From contig NW_015166462.1 of NCBI RefSeq assembly GCF_001447785.1, positions 380,116 through 444,115 of the forward strand: DNA of 64,000 nt. The letters run 5' to 3'. Below are positions 1-14,710 of this stretch, in pieces. The number at the start of each line of letters is the position of its first letter. Position 1 is the stretch's first letter. Below the pieces are notes generated by a model, which saw only the letters and a program-made list of their open reading frames with translations, did no database searches and was not told where the DNA came from. Both the position numbers and the translations under genes were made by a program. The stretch is from Gekko japonicus (taxonomy: Eukaryota).

Positions 1-2093
1 AGTTAAATCTTACTTTACTTGGTAGTAGCTGATCACTAGCCTGGAATTACACAGGAATTACACAGAGGGCTTTTGACTTTTTCTTGAGGCTTCTGGTTTG
101 CTGGTAGGGGATTATTCAACATTTAAGGCACCTTTAAGACTCCAGCATATGCTGCTACGGACATGTAGGAGGAAAGGAGAGTTATTCATTTTCTAAGGTA
201 AAATCAATCAGTCCTTGGTATTAGGTGCAGTGCAACTGAAACCCAGCACACTCAGCTGGGAAAAGCCACGTGCCTAGTCATCTCTGCTCTGAAAATATGA
301 CCCTTAAAAATCATTTCTATACAAGGACGATAGTTGCTCCCAGGAATGAGAACTGCTGTGGGGCTATCTATTTTGAATGAAGTAGGTCAGCACACCAGCG
401 TCAAGCAACAGAATTCAGAGGACCAGATTCCAACATAAGGAAGAACTGTTATGAATATCAGCTAGGACCCATGCAGCTGTGCTGGAAGGGAACAATAAGC
501 AGCAATGTTGTAGAGTGACTAGCACAAAGCCATATTTGTACTGACATCTGTTCCTATACCATGAAAGGAGGGTTGTGTGCGTAAAGACTCTCTGGTCAAA
601 GGCATGCACAGGTTTCTGGCTTGTAAAAATTCATATAAAGACACATAATGGAGGAGGGAGCTGTGATACCTCTGTTTAATCTTTGTGCAAAAAAGCAATA
701 CATATGGGAGAGCAAAATGTGGCACCAATAAAGAACTCTGAATCTTCAAGGGGAATGCAGCTCTGCACAGGAAAGCATCTTAAGTACAGACTGCAAGAGC
801 TCTGAAACCCCCCCACCCCCACCCCGGTTGATGGGTCAGTAAGTGCCTTCACCCCCACAGCTGAGCATGGGTCAACAATGGGTCACAGTCAGGGGCCATC
901 CAATCTACCAAGTCTTGGCAGGGAAAGAAGGCTCTACCTGTCTCAGCAACCTAACACATGCAGGAAATCAAAGCTCCTGTCCCACACCTCCTCCAGGTAC
1001 CCCAACAGCTCAAGAATTACTGCACTGATTTAGTATATGCTCTGCACCTCACTCATACCCTTACTATAGTTGCATAATACAGAGGTGTCTGCCATAGATG
1101 GCAGCAAGCAGCTACTATTTATACTGTGCTGAACAGGAGAGTTAATGCATTTAAGCTGCTGGCACCATGTGCAGCCCTTTAGACAGCTCAGTTTCACTAA
1201 AGCATAGGGCAAAAAAAGGAAGTTTGTGCTGAAGAGCATGTGAACAGGATGGAAGTAAATCACATTTCTTTCAAATCACCCCCAAGAGATATTATACTCT
1301 GTTTTTACACAGCCACTTGTCTAGTTGTCTGTGACAATTAAGGATTGCCTTCAGGCAGAGAAGCTTTATAGAAGTCATTAGGTTCTCATTTGTATATGCA
1401 ATGAGACAGGTGAGAAATATTGTACACATACAAGCTGCATTTGATTATGTGACCGCTTGGCCATGGTGAAGCAGAAAGCCGAGAAGCTGAACACTGGAGT
1501 TCTCAATCTCAGATTCACGTGAATTGCACATGGCTCAACGTGGTGTGGAAAAATCAAAACTAAGAGTACTCAGAAGTGCATCAGAACCACCAAGAGAGGT
1601 AAATTATGGATCATGACTAGTAACTAACTACAGGGCCCTTTGCATAAACCAATGTCTAAATATTCATGGATGCTCAGGCGCTCAAGTAGGTGGGTGGAAA
1701 ACAATGTGAACTCACATTTCTGCAAACGCAACGTGGGAAGAAACCTACTATTTTGCTCTGGAGGACTGACATTAAAAAGACAGTTTGGGGGATTCTCATT
1801 ATGAGGTTGAGGAGAGATTAACCCAACAGCTTGAGGGGAGAAGACCCAATTTGGCACAACTTTCCAAGCAGCTTTAACTTTGAGCAAGGAATGGAAGGCA
1901 GTTGCCTAGGGCTCCACCCCACCCACCAAACTGGAATTCCCTGAGGCCCATTGTTATGGCTGCCACACCCCTCTCACCTCCAGGTAGCCAACTAAGGGGC
2001 TGTTGCAGGGCAGGAGAAAAGACACAGAATCTGGCCAGAGGATGCCCAGTTGCTGCCCTCTATAACATATGACCAAGGAATGCTACAGATAAA

Positions 2094-2365
2094 CAGAGGT
2101 CATTTCGGGGGGGGGGGGAACGAAGTTCCCCGGGGGAGGGCAGGGGGGCACATGACAAAGCCCCGTCCCCCGCTTCCGGCCGCCCCGCTTCCAGCCCTCA
2201 TTCAACCAGGAGGAGGCAGGAGAAGAGGGAGGGTAAGTTGCTTCCTCCCCGCCACTTCCTCGCACTCCCGCTGGCCTTGCAGGTCCACCGCCAGGCCGCT
2301 GATGTCAGGGGGTGTGGCATATGCTAATGAGTTCCCCTAGCTCTTTTTCTACGAAATGACCCCTG
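2094..2365. mobile_element. GC-rich hAT MITE (TIR CAG(A/G)GGTCATTTCG)
   Basis: TSD CAGATAAA on both sides; same family as the 13995, 20797 and 50402 copies. Confidence 0.85.
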
Positions 2366-3015
2366 CAGATAAACACCTATTTTCAGTAGAAAGTAATATA
2401 CCAGGGTAGGGGAAGAACAAATTCAAGATTTGTTATAGAGAGGCCAAGAAAAGCTCATCATCATAAGCTAGTGCAGTGGGTAGGAGGATCAGTTGTGATC
2501 TGTGATGTGCCAGATTCAAATTTATTAGGTGGCCTAAGAAAAGCCACTTTCTCCCAGCGTCAGGCCCATCCCCACCCCTCCTACAATGGAGAACACTGCA
2601 GGCCTACCCAACTAGGGTTGCCAATTCTGGGCTGGGAAATACCTGGAGATTTTGGGGTGGATCCTGGGAAAGGATTTATTTTTTTAAGCATTTTTACCCC
2701 GCCCTCCCCGCAAGCGGGCTCAGGGCGGCTTCCAAAGGGCTGTTGGCGGAGTACAATGCCACAGAGTCCACCCTTCAAAGCAGCCATTTTTCTCCAGGGG
2801 AACTGATCGTGGTCATCTGGAGAGCTCCAGGTGACACCTAGAAGGCTGGCAACCCCATAACTGACAGACCCTTTTATGGGTTACCCAACAGTATCCATGA
2901 AAAAAAATTGATCACCCAAAGCACTGCACAAACGCCTGGCATCATCACCTTCCTTCCCAAAAGCTGTGGTCAGCTCAACCCCTATGTTATTTTCACAACA
3001 GTCCTGTGAGGTTAG

Positions 3016-3358
3016 GTAAAGGTTTCCTTGCTCGAAAGCCAGTCGAATCCGACTCGAGGGTTGCGGTGCTCATCTCCGTTTCAAAGCCGAAGAGCCAGCG
3101 CTGTCCGAAGACGTTTCCGTGGTCAAGTGGCCGGCATGACTAAATGCCGAGGCGCACGGAACCCTGTTACCTTCCCACCGAAGTGGTACCTATTTATCCA
3201 CTTGCAATTTCTTGCTTTCGAACTGCTAGGTTGGCAAGAGCTGGAACTAGAGACGGGAGCTCACTCCGTCATGCGGCACCCGGGTCTCGAACTGCTGAAC
3301 TACTGACCTTCCACAGCCTGCAGTTCAGCGTCTTAACCACTTGAGCCACCGCAGCTCC
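3016..3358 (-). mobile_element. Sauria SINE
   Basis: Reverse complement of the 23477-23825 copy; tRNA-like head and ACCTTT-type tail. Confidence 0.85.
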
Positions 3359-3994
3359 TGTGAGGTTAAATTATGCTAAAATATCGATCGGCCCAAGATC
3401 ACCAACGTGCTTCAGTTCAAGTAGGCATTTGAAATTAGGCCTGAACCCAGCGTTTTCTAGCCGCGGTGGGCACCTTCTCTTGAAATCAGATGTGTGTTGG
3501 GGTGGTGGTGGTTGGGAATCATATGACATTTCTTGAGGCATGCAGGGATAGGCAAGCCCTGACCTGGATAGCCCAAGGCTAGCCCGGCCTCATCAGTTCT
3601 TGGGAGCTAAGCAGGACTGCACAGGTCAGTCATTGGAAGGGAGACCCCCAAGGATGCCCACGGTTGCTACGCACAGGCCGACAACCCCACGAGTGGTCAC
3701 TATAAGTCAGCCGTGGCTTGATCGCACTTTAGGGTTGCAAAGTCCACCCTCGCCACCTCTAGGAGACCAGGGAGAGGGGGAAAGTTGCCAGATCCATGTT
3801 GGGAAACTCCTAGAGATTCGGGGATGGAGCCTGGGGAGGACAGGGACCTCAGTGGGGCAAAACGCCATACAACCCATCCTCGAAAACATCCATTTTCCCC
3901 CCAGGGAAACTGATCTCTGTAGTCTGAAGACCAGCTATAATCCCGGGGGATCCCCGGGTCCCACCTGGAGGCTGGCATCCCGACAAGTCTTCAC

Positions 3995-4415
3995 CAATGT
4001 TCCCTCTAAGTTGTGGAGTCTTGAGAGCAAAAATTCTACTTCCTGAGCTCCTGGCATTAAAGTTGTGAGCAAGCCATGTGGCTGCTGCATAAATCAGCTT
4101 GCTCTGGAGCAGTGTTCCCTCTAAACTGAGTTAGTGTGAGCTAGCTCGCAGTTTTTTAGCCTCCGGCTCACACATTTTTGTCTTAGCTCAGGAAGGAGGG
4201 CTCCAGTGCAAACGAATGTATTCAGTAGCCAGATTACCTGCTCACAACTTTAATGCCGGTAGCTCACAAACTATAATTTTTGCTCACAAGACTCCACAGC
4301 TTAGAGGGAACCTTGCTCTGGAGCCCTCCTTCCTGAGCTAAGACAAAAAAAATGTGAGCTGGAGGCTAAAAAAATGTGAGCTAGCTCACACTCACTCAGC
4401 TTAGAGGGAACACTG
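3995..4415. mobile_element. hAT MITE (TIR CA(G/A)TGTTCCCTCTAAG) with a same-family copy nested at 4110-4315
   Basis: Outer 8-bp TSD GTCTTCAC/GTCTTTAC; inner TSD CTCTGGAG on both sides. Confidence 0.88.
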
Positions 4416-4539
4416 GTCTTTACATACATAAGAACAGACAAAGGGGGGGACCCTCTATAAACCAGGATGGGGGGAAAGAAAATATAAACACCCCCTTCTC
4501 CCCCCAAAAGGCGACTGGGACCGTCTCCTTGAAGCCTCT

Positions 4540-5450
4540 TTCGGGAGGACGAGGGGAAAGAATCCGCCTCAGGGGGCCTCTTAGGGCTCCTTCCACGAGA
4601 GGCCTCACGCGGCCAGCGACCCCCACCCCTCCGAAGGGCGCGGGTCCCCCCCCTCCCTTTTCAGACTCCCGCCAAATTAAGCAGCGCGGGTGGGGGATGG
4701 AAACAGAAGAAATAGAGCGAGAGAAAGGCAGCTAGAGAGGAGCCAGTCAGTTAACGCCGCCGCCGCCGCCACCCCCCACGCGGCGGCCGCGCGTCAGAGC
4801 GTGTTCCGGGCGCCGCGCCGTCAATGTCGGAGCGCAGTTAGGCCTCCTTCTCCCCTCCCCATAGCGGGCTCACCCTGTTTGTTTTCGTTGAGCTGCCGCT
4901 CGAACTCGTCGAAGTCGGACATGGTGGCGGGAATAGTGGGGAGGGGAGGAGGACGGCGGCCCAGGCCCGGCCTCGCTGCTACGGCGGCTCCTGCTTCTAT
5001 TGCTTCACCCCGAGCTCCTTCTCCTCTCGCGCACACTAGGCCGCGGCGGCGCCTTCCCCGGAGTTCGGCAGCTTCCGGAGGCGGCTTCGGCGCGTCCACG
5101 AAGACGCTCGGCTATCTCCGGAAGGGGGCTTGCGAATAGGCTCGAGAGTCTCTCTCGCGGGGACAATGCTTGGAGGAAAGTCCTCCCAGAAACGCCCGGG
5201 AAAGGAGGTCACGCCTTTTCCGGAAGAGATGCCTTTTTTTAAAATCCCTAGCCGGAAAGAATCGTAACTTTCCGCTGGCGTCACTTCCTTTGCTTGGACA
5301 AACCGCGTGATCTTGGGTCTTCCGCTTCGTTCTCCCGAGTCTTTACGATCGGCTTCGGAACTCTCGGGCATTATCCGTGCACCGGCTATATCCCGAAAGC
5401 CTTTCCTTACTACGTAGACACCACGTGGCGACGCATTGTGAATTAAATTT
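4540..5450 (-). promoter_or_regulatory. CpG-island promoter of U2AF2
   Basis: CpG-dense. Contains several CCGGAA ETS cores, an ETS-CRE composite GCGTCACTTCC (5278-5288), an E-box CACGTG (~5422) and an E2F-like TCCCGCCAAA (4667-4676) in intron 1. Confidence 0.8.
4874..4922 (-). CDS. U2AF2: U2AF2 (U2AF65) first coding exon; the rest of the gene lies left of the window
   Basis: Translates MSDFDEFERQLNENKQ+G, matching the U2AF65 N-terminus. Strong Kozak context (gccaccATG). The 49-nt exon ends at a G|gtgag donor. No exon 2 was recognised in 1-4873. Confidence 0.96.
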
Positions 5451-8099
5451 AATATTGACGTGCTCAAAGAAAAGGGAAACTCTTTTAGACACGTGAAAGA
5501 TATGCGAAAAATTGGCAGGAATACCAAGCTATAAACACGTTCTTATGTCTATTTTTCCCCTCTGATCATCAATTTTCGATTGGTTCCCCCCCCCCATTTA
5601 TCTCTCCTTATATATAATTGAATAGTGGGTGCCAAAGTTCTAATTCTAAAATGCACTCCCTTAGTGTATGNNNNNNNNNNNNNNNNNNNNNNNNNNNNNN
5701 NNNNNNNNNNNNNNNNNNNNNNNNNNNNNNNNNNNNNNNNNNNNNNNNNNNNNNNNNNNNNNNNNNNNNNNNNCCGCAAGCCTTTCCTTACTACCTAGAC
5801 ACCACGTGGCGACGCATTGTGAATTAAATTTAATATTGACGTGCTCAAAGAAAAGGGAAACTCTTTTAGACACGTGAAAGATATGTGAAAAATTGGCAGG
5901 AATACCAAGCAACAAACACGTTCTTATGTCTATTTTTCCCTTCTGATCATTAATTTTCGATTGGTCCCCCCCCCCAATTTATATGCTCTATTTCCGAATA
6001 TATATTTCGACCACTATTATACTAAAGGTAGAGAATACGACTAATTCTACCTGGCATCATCACCTACCGAAATGGATTAAAACAAAAGGCGTTTAACATA
6101 CGATTGCCTGGAGTAACTAATCTCCAGAGTATAAATCAGTTCCCCTGGAGAAAATGGCTGATTTTGGGAGGTGGACTATGTCATTATATCCTGCTGATAT
6201 CTCTCCGNNNNNNNNNNNNNNNNNNNNNNNNNNNNNCTGCTGAAATCTCTCCGCTCCTGAAACCCAGCCACCCCCAGGCTCCACCCCAGATCTCCAGAAT
6301 CCCTACCCCACAGTTGGCAAACCTTTGTTTAACTTTTGCTCTAACATGGTGTAAGAAGTCTGTTGTATTTTTAGAGGTTCGGCATATAATATTTCTGCAC
6401 AAGACCTATTAGATGAACTAGAACAGCACGAGAGCTTGACCCACCTCCCGTTCACTTCAAAAGTAAATTTTAAATTGAAAATATTCTTCAGGGTGTATAG
6501 TGACACAGGTATTAAGATAAAGCCTCTTGGTGATTACTGCAGGAGATTGCATCATATCCATTTTCCTATCCATTGAGAGTTAAAGCTATCTCATTACTGC
6601 AAATGGATTTTACCCAAGCTATTAGCCATTAATTTTCCTTAAAAAGTGTCATGCAGGGCTCTTTTTGTAGCAGGTACTCATTTGCATATTAAGCGACACA
6701 CCCCTAATGTAGCCAATCCTCCAAGAGCTTACAGTAGCTCCTGTAAGAAGAGCTCTGTAAACTCTTGGTGGATTGGCTACATTAGGGATGTGTGGCCTAA
6801 TATGCAAAGGAGTTCCTGCTACAAAAAAAGCCAGCCTCTCGCATTTGTGTGCTAATCTGCTGCCATTCATTGATCTTGCCACTTTGATCCAATCTCAGTT
6901 TCACTTATGCCTCTGACTGGTCCTTCCTGACACTTCTACCCCCACCTTCCTGTATGTATGGCTTGAAGAAAATATGTTTCGATTTGTCTGAGGATGTGTG
7001 CTTGCACATGAAAGCTTACACCTTAAATAAAACTTTGTTGGTCTTAAAGGTGCCACTGGACTCAAACTTTGTTCTGCTACTTCAGACCAACAATAATGGG
7101 TTCTAGACACATTGCAGGTGATCAGCTCAGGTTTAATTCAGTGATTTCAGCAAAACTACAAGACTCCAGAGCCTCAGCTCTGTTAAATAGCATGCAATTG
7201 CCACACCCAAACACACCCTACTCAGAGTGATAGGCCATTCACATAACATTACTACTAGATTGGTTTATTCCAGAGTCCTGGTCGGCTATTGTTCTTGTGC
7301 TTCAACCTCAGCCAGTCTCTGGGGTGATTCAATCCCAATACATAACAGTTACTCACCTGAATCTTCCTACCCCCCAGTTAGTGGTGAACTGAACACCTAA
7401 GCATTTTCACAGATTTGAGTTATTCTGTTAGTCATTAATTTTGCCACAATGTACGCCAAATGAGAGATATGCACATAAATGGATAAGAGGCAGAGACAGG
7501 TGGAAATGTACAAAAGACAGAGATAAGAGTGGTTCTGTCATGGTCCATGAATCGGATAATTAGGCAGAAGTTGAGAAGCTGTGTATCTAGTGTGGGCCTC
7601 TCTAGTATTACTAATTTTACCTCCTAGGCACTTTTTCCAATGCATGGTACAGCCCGTTTACGGGATGGGCGTGATATAAATGCGAAAAAATTAAAATAAA
7701 AAAAATAAAATTTCAATCATAGAAGCTTCTTTCAGTAAACTGCCTACTTTTGTACAGTGGTTTATGGAGCTGTGCTGAACTAAAAAACTTGCATGTCTGT
7801 TCCCAACAGCAACCTCTTAAATCCAAATTCTGCCACTACTGATACTAAATTTTACCTGTCTTACAGTGCTGAATGTTTTATCTTCTCGATGGAACTAAGA
7901 GGAAAGCAATTACTAGTTCCATTTTAGGAGAGCTGACACTGAATAAGACCTATGTAACCCAGATAATATATAGACCCCCTCACCCACCCATTTATACCCT
8001 TAACATGTCAAGGTACCAATACTGGCCACAAATCTTGTTTCTGCAACTACATCTAGGAAATAACAAGCATGTATAAAAACTGAAACATACCATTTGTTT

Positions 8100-8105
8100 T
8101 TTATT
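8100..8105 (-). terminator. Candidate polyadenylation signal of CCDC106
   Basis: AATAAA on the minus strand at the end of a U-rich, ~1.75-kb 3' UTR-like stretch. Confidence 0.5.
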
Positions 8106-9857
8106 AAAAATCCTTTGATTTAAATTCTCTTAATAAAGTTTTTTTAAACATTTTCTTTTTTATATATTTTTTTTTTAAACACAGAGGGAGGAAAAAGACT
8201 GGGCAAGAAAGTACAGGCACAGTGGAAACAGTTCCATTAATTACAATGAATAAAAAGAAGGCCTCCCCGCCCCAAGGAACAGGCAACATACAATCCAAAT
8301 CCTTGCACACACATACACAACAGCAGCTTAAAGCCACAGAAGTATAAGAAAACACACACACCCTGTCTTGGAGGGCAGAGAGGGCAAAGTGAGTGTAAAT
8401 GACACAAAAGTGCCAGCGAAACAGAGCCCAGTGGGGGGTCTGCATTGGGAGAACCGCTAGGGAAGGGCACGGAAGCCCATGGATGCTTCTCAGGATAACC
8501 ATGAATTAAAGAGGTACACTGGAACCAAGGGAACATCTTTGGGAGACAACAGGAAACTGTTTGGAGGCTGCTGAATGTTACAGTTAAGTCTCTCCATATA
8601 AGGAAGAGCTTGAGAAGGTACCAATAGCATCCACTGAAGGCTATAAGCAAGACAAGGTAACCAAAAAAGGCTAAGGAGGAAAAAAAAATCCATGTATAGA
8701 ATAACACTATCAATTCCCAAAACAAGATGAAATAATCCAAAACCTGTACTCAAATAACAAAAATTAAAAACCATGCATTACAAAATAATAAGCTTTGGTT
8801 ACATATTGCTTTCTTCTACTGTATAAAACCTTTTTAGGAAAATTGCATTTGCGTACAGTTAAACACTCCTATGACCGGGTACATTTACAGATTGCAGAAA
8901 ACACATGTAAACCAAACATGTTTTGGCTGAAACTGTACAGAAATGCACTTCTACTTTAAAAGTTTATACACCAGGGGAAGGTACATATATATGTAACCAA
9001 AGATTGTTGTTTTGTGATGCACAGTCTTTAATATTTGTTAGTTGATTTAAGATTTTGGATTATAATTTTAGTCGTGTGTGCCTATGCTTGCCTGGAAGTC
9101 ATGGCTGACTTCTAGTGACCCCTAGTGGGGCTGGGAGGCAAGGACATTCAGAGAGGTGGCTTGCTGCCTGTCTCTGTGTCCCAGTCCTGGTATTCCTTGG
9201 AAGTCTCTCATCCAAGTACTTGCCAGGGACGACCCTGCTTAGCTTCTGAGATGAGGCTTGCCCTGTCGATGTGCCACCAATGATAGATGTGGGAAGGCAA
9301 TCTAGTAAAAACGTGTGGGCTGGTAATTCTGGTGACATCCAAGGCTGTGGGCCCCATCTCTTCTTCTGTACGTGAACTTACTTCTATTGTCTCAAGAAAC
9401 CTACTCACCTTGCCCTTCTGTGGAGGATGCTTTTATGTTGTTATGCCCCACCGCCGCCTTCTGGCTAGCCACCCTGGCAGTTTTCAGACAGGAGTGAGGT
9501 GAACAGTACGAATCCAGCAGATGTCAGGGAGCCTTTACTGACTGAAGAGCAGGTCGAAGTGTGTGGCCAGGAGATGCTCCCTCAAGTGCTTGACTTCAGA
9601 GGAGAGCATCCTGCTTCCCTGATGGGTGGGGCCAACCCTGCCCTGAAAGAGCGTTTGGCATTTTTATAAAAAAGAAACCTTTTGAAACGAAAAACTTTTT
9701 ATAAGACGACTTTGGAAAAGGGGGTAGGGGAGATGGCTGATGGGAAATGGAGGAGCAGTCCTGGGGAGAACAAGGCAGCGGCTCAACTGATTCTGAAAAC
9801 AGGGATAGAGGGCCGAGGGGGGCTGACAAAGCAGGTTCCTGATACTGAGCTGGGAAA

Positions 9858-10283
<426 letters not shown>

Positions 10284-11493
10284 TCAGATCCACATGGTGA
10301 CGGTGGGGGGGGGGAGGGAAGAGCAGTTTGAAAGCAGGAAGAAAAGAACAAAATGGAGAAGGGTTGAAGAGTGGCAAGGGAAGAGAAGGCATACGATCGA
10401 GCAGGGGCCACGGACGCCAGGATGAGATGGGAATCGGGTTAGAAAGCAGATAAAGGACATGAAGCAGCCCCGTGGGAAGAAGGAGGGAGAGTGGGGAGAA
10501 AGATCGAGAAGGGAAGACCAAGCAAAGAGATGATAACCAAATCAAGCAAGAAAAGAAAGCTCAGTAGGTACAAAGAGTGGAACAGAAATGGAGGACAGAA
10601 GCCAGGAGAGAGAGCAGGCAGGCAGCGAAGGGAACCAGTGGAGGAAGGTAAAGCCAAGCAGGAGAGACCCCCACATAATGAGTAAGGCCAGGTTGTTTGC
10701 AACAGGAGGAGATGTAGAGTTAGAGCAGGGAAACGGGATGGTGGGAGAAAGACAGGAACAAGTGCATGGAAGGGGGGGAAAAAGAGTTCATGTTATTGTA
10801 GCTATTCAGTAAGACATTTGCAATAAGCATTCCTGTTTTTCTTCATTCTTCCGCCCGCCTCCCATTTATTTTCTGAACGCGTTAACAACAAGGGTGTAGA
10901 CTTTCCAATTTCCCGGGGGGGGCTGGGGCTCGACCAGAGGCATTGCTTTGCTAGGAGCAAGGGTGGCTCCCGGGGGAGGCTGAGTACCTTCCTGAAAATT
11001 TCGGCGGGGGCTCACGCCCCGCCGCCCCCACGAAGATTACGCCTATGGTTAACAAACCTTCCATTTGCTTTTCCAAAGCGTGAGCTTCTATCATCCTGGT
11101 TCCCTAGTTCATTATTTATCCCCACACCCTCCCACTGTATTACTGATCCTGCAGAAAGTTCTAAGTCTCGCTTGGAACTCCCAGTGCCCTTTTCAATCGA
11201 TCGGACCAATTAAATGCACGGATGCAAATCGAGTTGAGCTGCATACTATATTGGGGGTTATAGATTTTTGCCTCCTTATAGGACACCTGCTTTAATAGGA
11301 CAGGCTGGACAGCTGTAGGATAAAAGACATGAGATCTGAGACCCCCAGCTTCTGCCTGCACGAACCTTTATGATTCTGAGTTAACTGCTCAAAATCTCAC
11401 TCTCCCCACATCTTCTGTAGGGAGGTTCAGACGATGGCGGCCCATTCCAGAGCTTTGTCATTGGTTGGGCCAATGTTCTGCAAGAGGCTACCA

Positions 11494-11750
11494 GTGGAGG
11501 TATGGACTGATTCATTTCTACCCTCCCCCCCTTTTTGAGAGCTTGTAAGAGGCAACTGTATTTTGAAGAGCTTTCCATTAATTTTTATTCCAAGGAGTCA
11601 TTTTGGTTATATTGCATTGCTGCGTGGAGGTATGGACTGTTTCATTTCTACCCCGCCCTTTTTGAGAGCTTGTAAGAGGCAAATGTATTTTGAAGAGCTT
11701 TCCAATAATTTTTGTTTCGAGGAGTCATTTTGGTTATATTGCATTGCTGA
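11494..11750 (+). repeat. Tandem duplication, 2 x ~130 bp
   Basis: GTGGAGGTATGGACTG...GGTTATATTGCATTGCTG occurs twice. Confidence 0.9.
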
Positions 11751-12012
11751 TTTTTATTGTTTTGTTTAAATGCCTCACACAGTTTGTAAAAGATGTTACC
11801 AGCTGATAATTTTTTAGGGGAAGGGGGGGGATTATGATTTGTGTATCCTGTAGGCCACCCTGAGCTCACGTTGACTCACCAATGAGTCAATAAACGTTGA
11901 GTAAAAAGTCTCCAGCTAAGAGGGTGATCACTCGTAACCCCATTCNNNNNNNNNNNNNNNNNNNNNNNNNNCAGAAATAGTCTCCCTACTCTAGTGCTCT
12001 CTTCCTACTCAC

Positions 12013-12213
12013 CCCTTTGCCTCTCGCGGACTTTGGGCTTGACGAAGCGCCGCCGGTTTGCCCCCGTTTTCTGTTTCTTATGCTCTGCGGAGCCCCCCTC
12101 TTCCGGGCTGGCACTCAGCCAAGAACCCAGACTGTCGTCATCTGTCACGTCCCCGTTCCGACTCTCAGAAACCTCAGACCGACGCGGGGGCTGTTTGTTG
12201 CGGAAGTGGTCGT
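12013..12213 (-). CDS. CCDC106: CCDC106 internal coding exon (basic NLS-like region)
   Basis: ccttag|AC ... AGGG|gtgag; 201 nt, phase 1/1. Encodes DHFRNKQ...RRRFVKPKVRERQR, similar to human RRRFGKPKARERQR. Confidence 0.93.
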
Positions 12214-12477
12214 CTAAGGTGTGGGGGGAAAGAACAGGACACATCGCGTGGAGAGACAAGAGGCCCTGCCTGCATAGTCTGCCTGGCTAATAGGCCCCGT
12301 TTCTCAAGATCAGGGAATCCAAGACACACGTCCCTTTGCTTTTGCACATTTAAGCCCTGCTAGTACTTTCCCAACATCTCAGTCCCCACCCTCCACTCTT
12401 GACCTGTTCAAACTCTGCTGCCCTCCCTGGGCAAGCGAGGCATCCTCTTCCCCTGCTTCTCACCATCAACCTCCTTA

Positions 12478-13329
<852 letters not shown>

Positions 13330-13994
13330 CTCTGCACATTTGAGAAAAAGCTCATCATAGCAGGGGATGAATAAGGGGATGAAGTCGACCCATTTCCTCA
13401 GCAGGACTGCAAGTGCAGAAGAGGAAGGAGGAGCGTGTTCACCCCCCTTGTCCCTCCCGGCTCCAGTCCCCCCCCCATGTGGCTTCTCCCGATGGCTTCA
13501 GAGCAAACGAACTTATGCAGTAGTCCAATCGCTCGCTCACAACTTTAATGCCAGCGGCTCACAAAGTAGAATTTTTGCTCACAAGACTCCACAGCTTAGA
13601 GGGAGCATTGCACACAACCACTTTTTTAGGGCATAAGCATATAAAGGGGTAGAGGGTGCTGGGAAAAAACCCGAAAGGTCCATTTAGTCTGGCATTCTGA
13701 GTCCAACCATAGTCATTAGGGTATCCAAGCATAACCAATTAAAGGGAACAATTAAAAATTTGCTTCTTCTGATTCCTTTTCCTCCCCCTCCCCAAGAAAT
13801 CATCCATCCACATTCTACAGAAATGCTACAGCATCTTCAAACAGGAAAAATGGCCACTATGCAATGTCTTCTGATGACACGGAGAAACGTATTGCTTTTA
13901 TTTTATTTGGCCCTCCTTCCAAGGATTTCAGGGCAGCACGCAAGACAGATCCCTTTAATCCACACAAGAAGCCTATGAAGTAGTCCATCTGATC

Positions 13995-14451
13995 CAGAGG
14001 TCATTTTGGGGGGGATCGCGGGGGATCGCAGTTTCCCCGGGTGAGGTAAGGGGGGCGGGGCACATGACAAAGCCCCGCCCCCCGCTGCTTCCGGCCGCCC
14101 CGCTTCCGGCCCTCATTCAGCCAGGAGGAGGCAGGAGAAAAAGGAGGGTAAGTTGCTTCCTCCCTGTCTCTCCCCACCCCTGCCTGCCTGGGGCCAGGGA
14201 GGGCCTTCGCGGGGCTTCCTTGCACTCCCGCCGGCCTAGCAGGTCCACCGCCAGGCCCCTAATGGGGCTTGGCAGTGGAGCTGCAAGCCCAGTGGCGGCG
14301 GCCGGGACCGTTGGGGGCGGGGTGTGTGGCCTTATGACACACGTCCGGTGATGTCAGGGGGTGTGGCCTTATGACACACTTCCGGTGATGTCAGGGGGTG
14401 TGGCATATGCTAATGAGTTCCCCTAGCTCTTTTTCTACGAAACGGCCCCTG
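13995..14451. mobile_element. GC-rich hAT MITE
   Basis: TSD ATCTGATC on both sides; reverse complement of 20797-21242. Confidence 0.87.
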
Positions 14452-14710
14452 ATCTGATCTAAGATTATCCAGTGAGGCTTGTGGCAAAGTAGGGAGTTGA
14501 ATCCAACCTTCCCCAGTCGTAACCCAACACTCTAACCACTACATTCCACAAGTGTTACTTTCTGGAATCTCCAGGAATGTGTTCATTCTAAGGATGGCCA
14601 CTAAAAAAAAAATCACGTGGGGAAACCTTTTACTTGTGTGACGTTAACACTGGGTCAGCAAGGATGCGCAAGCTAACAGTGGAAGGGAGAGTAAAAATGT
14701 TGTTTCTTAC

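Noticed and set aside
3028-3306. ORF MLESQSNPT... repeated at 22408 and 23527
   Set aside because: Antisense reading of the Sauria SINE, not a gene family.
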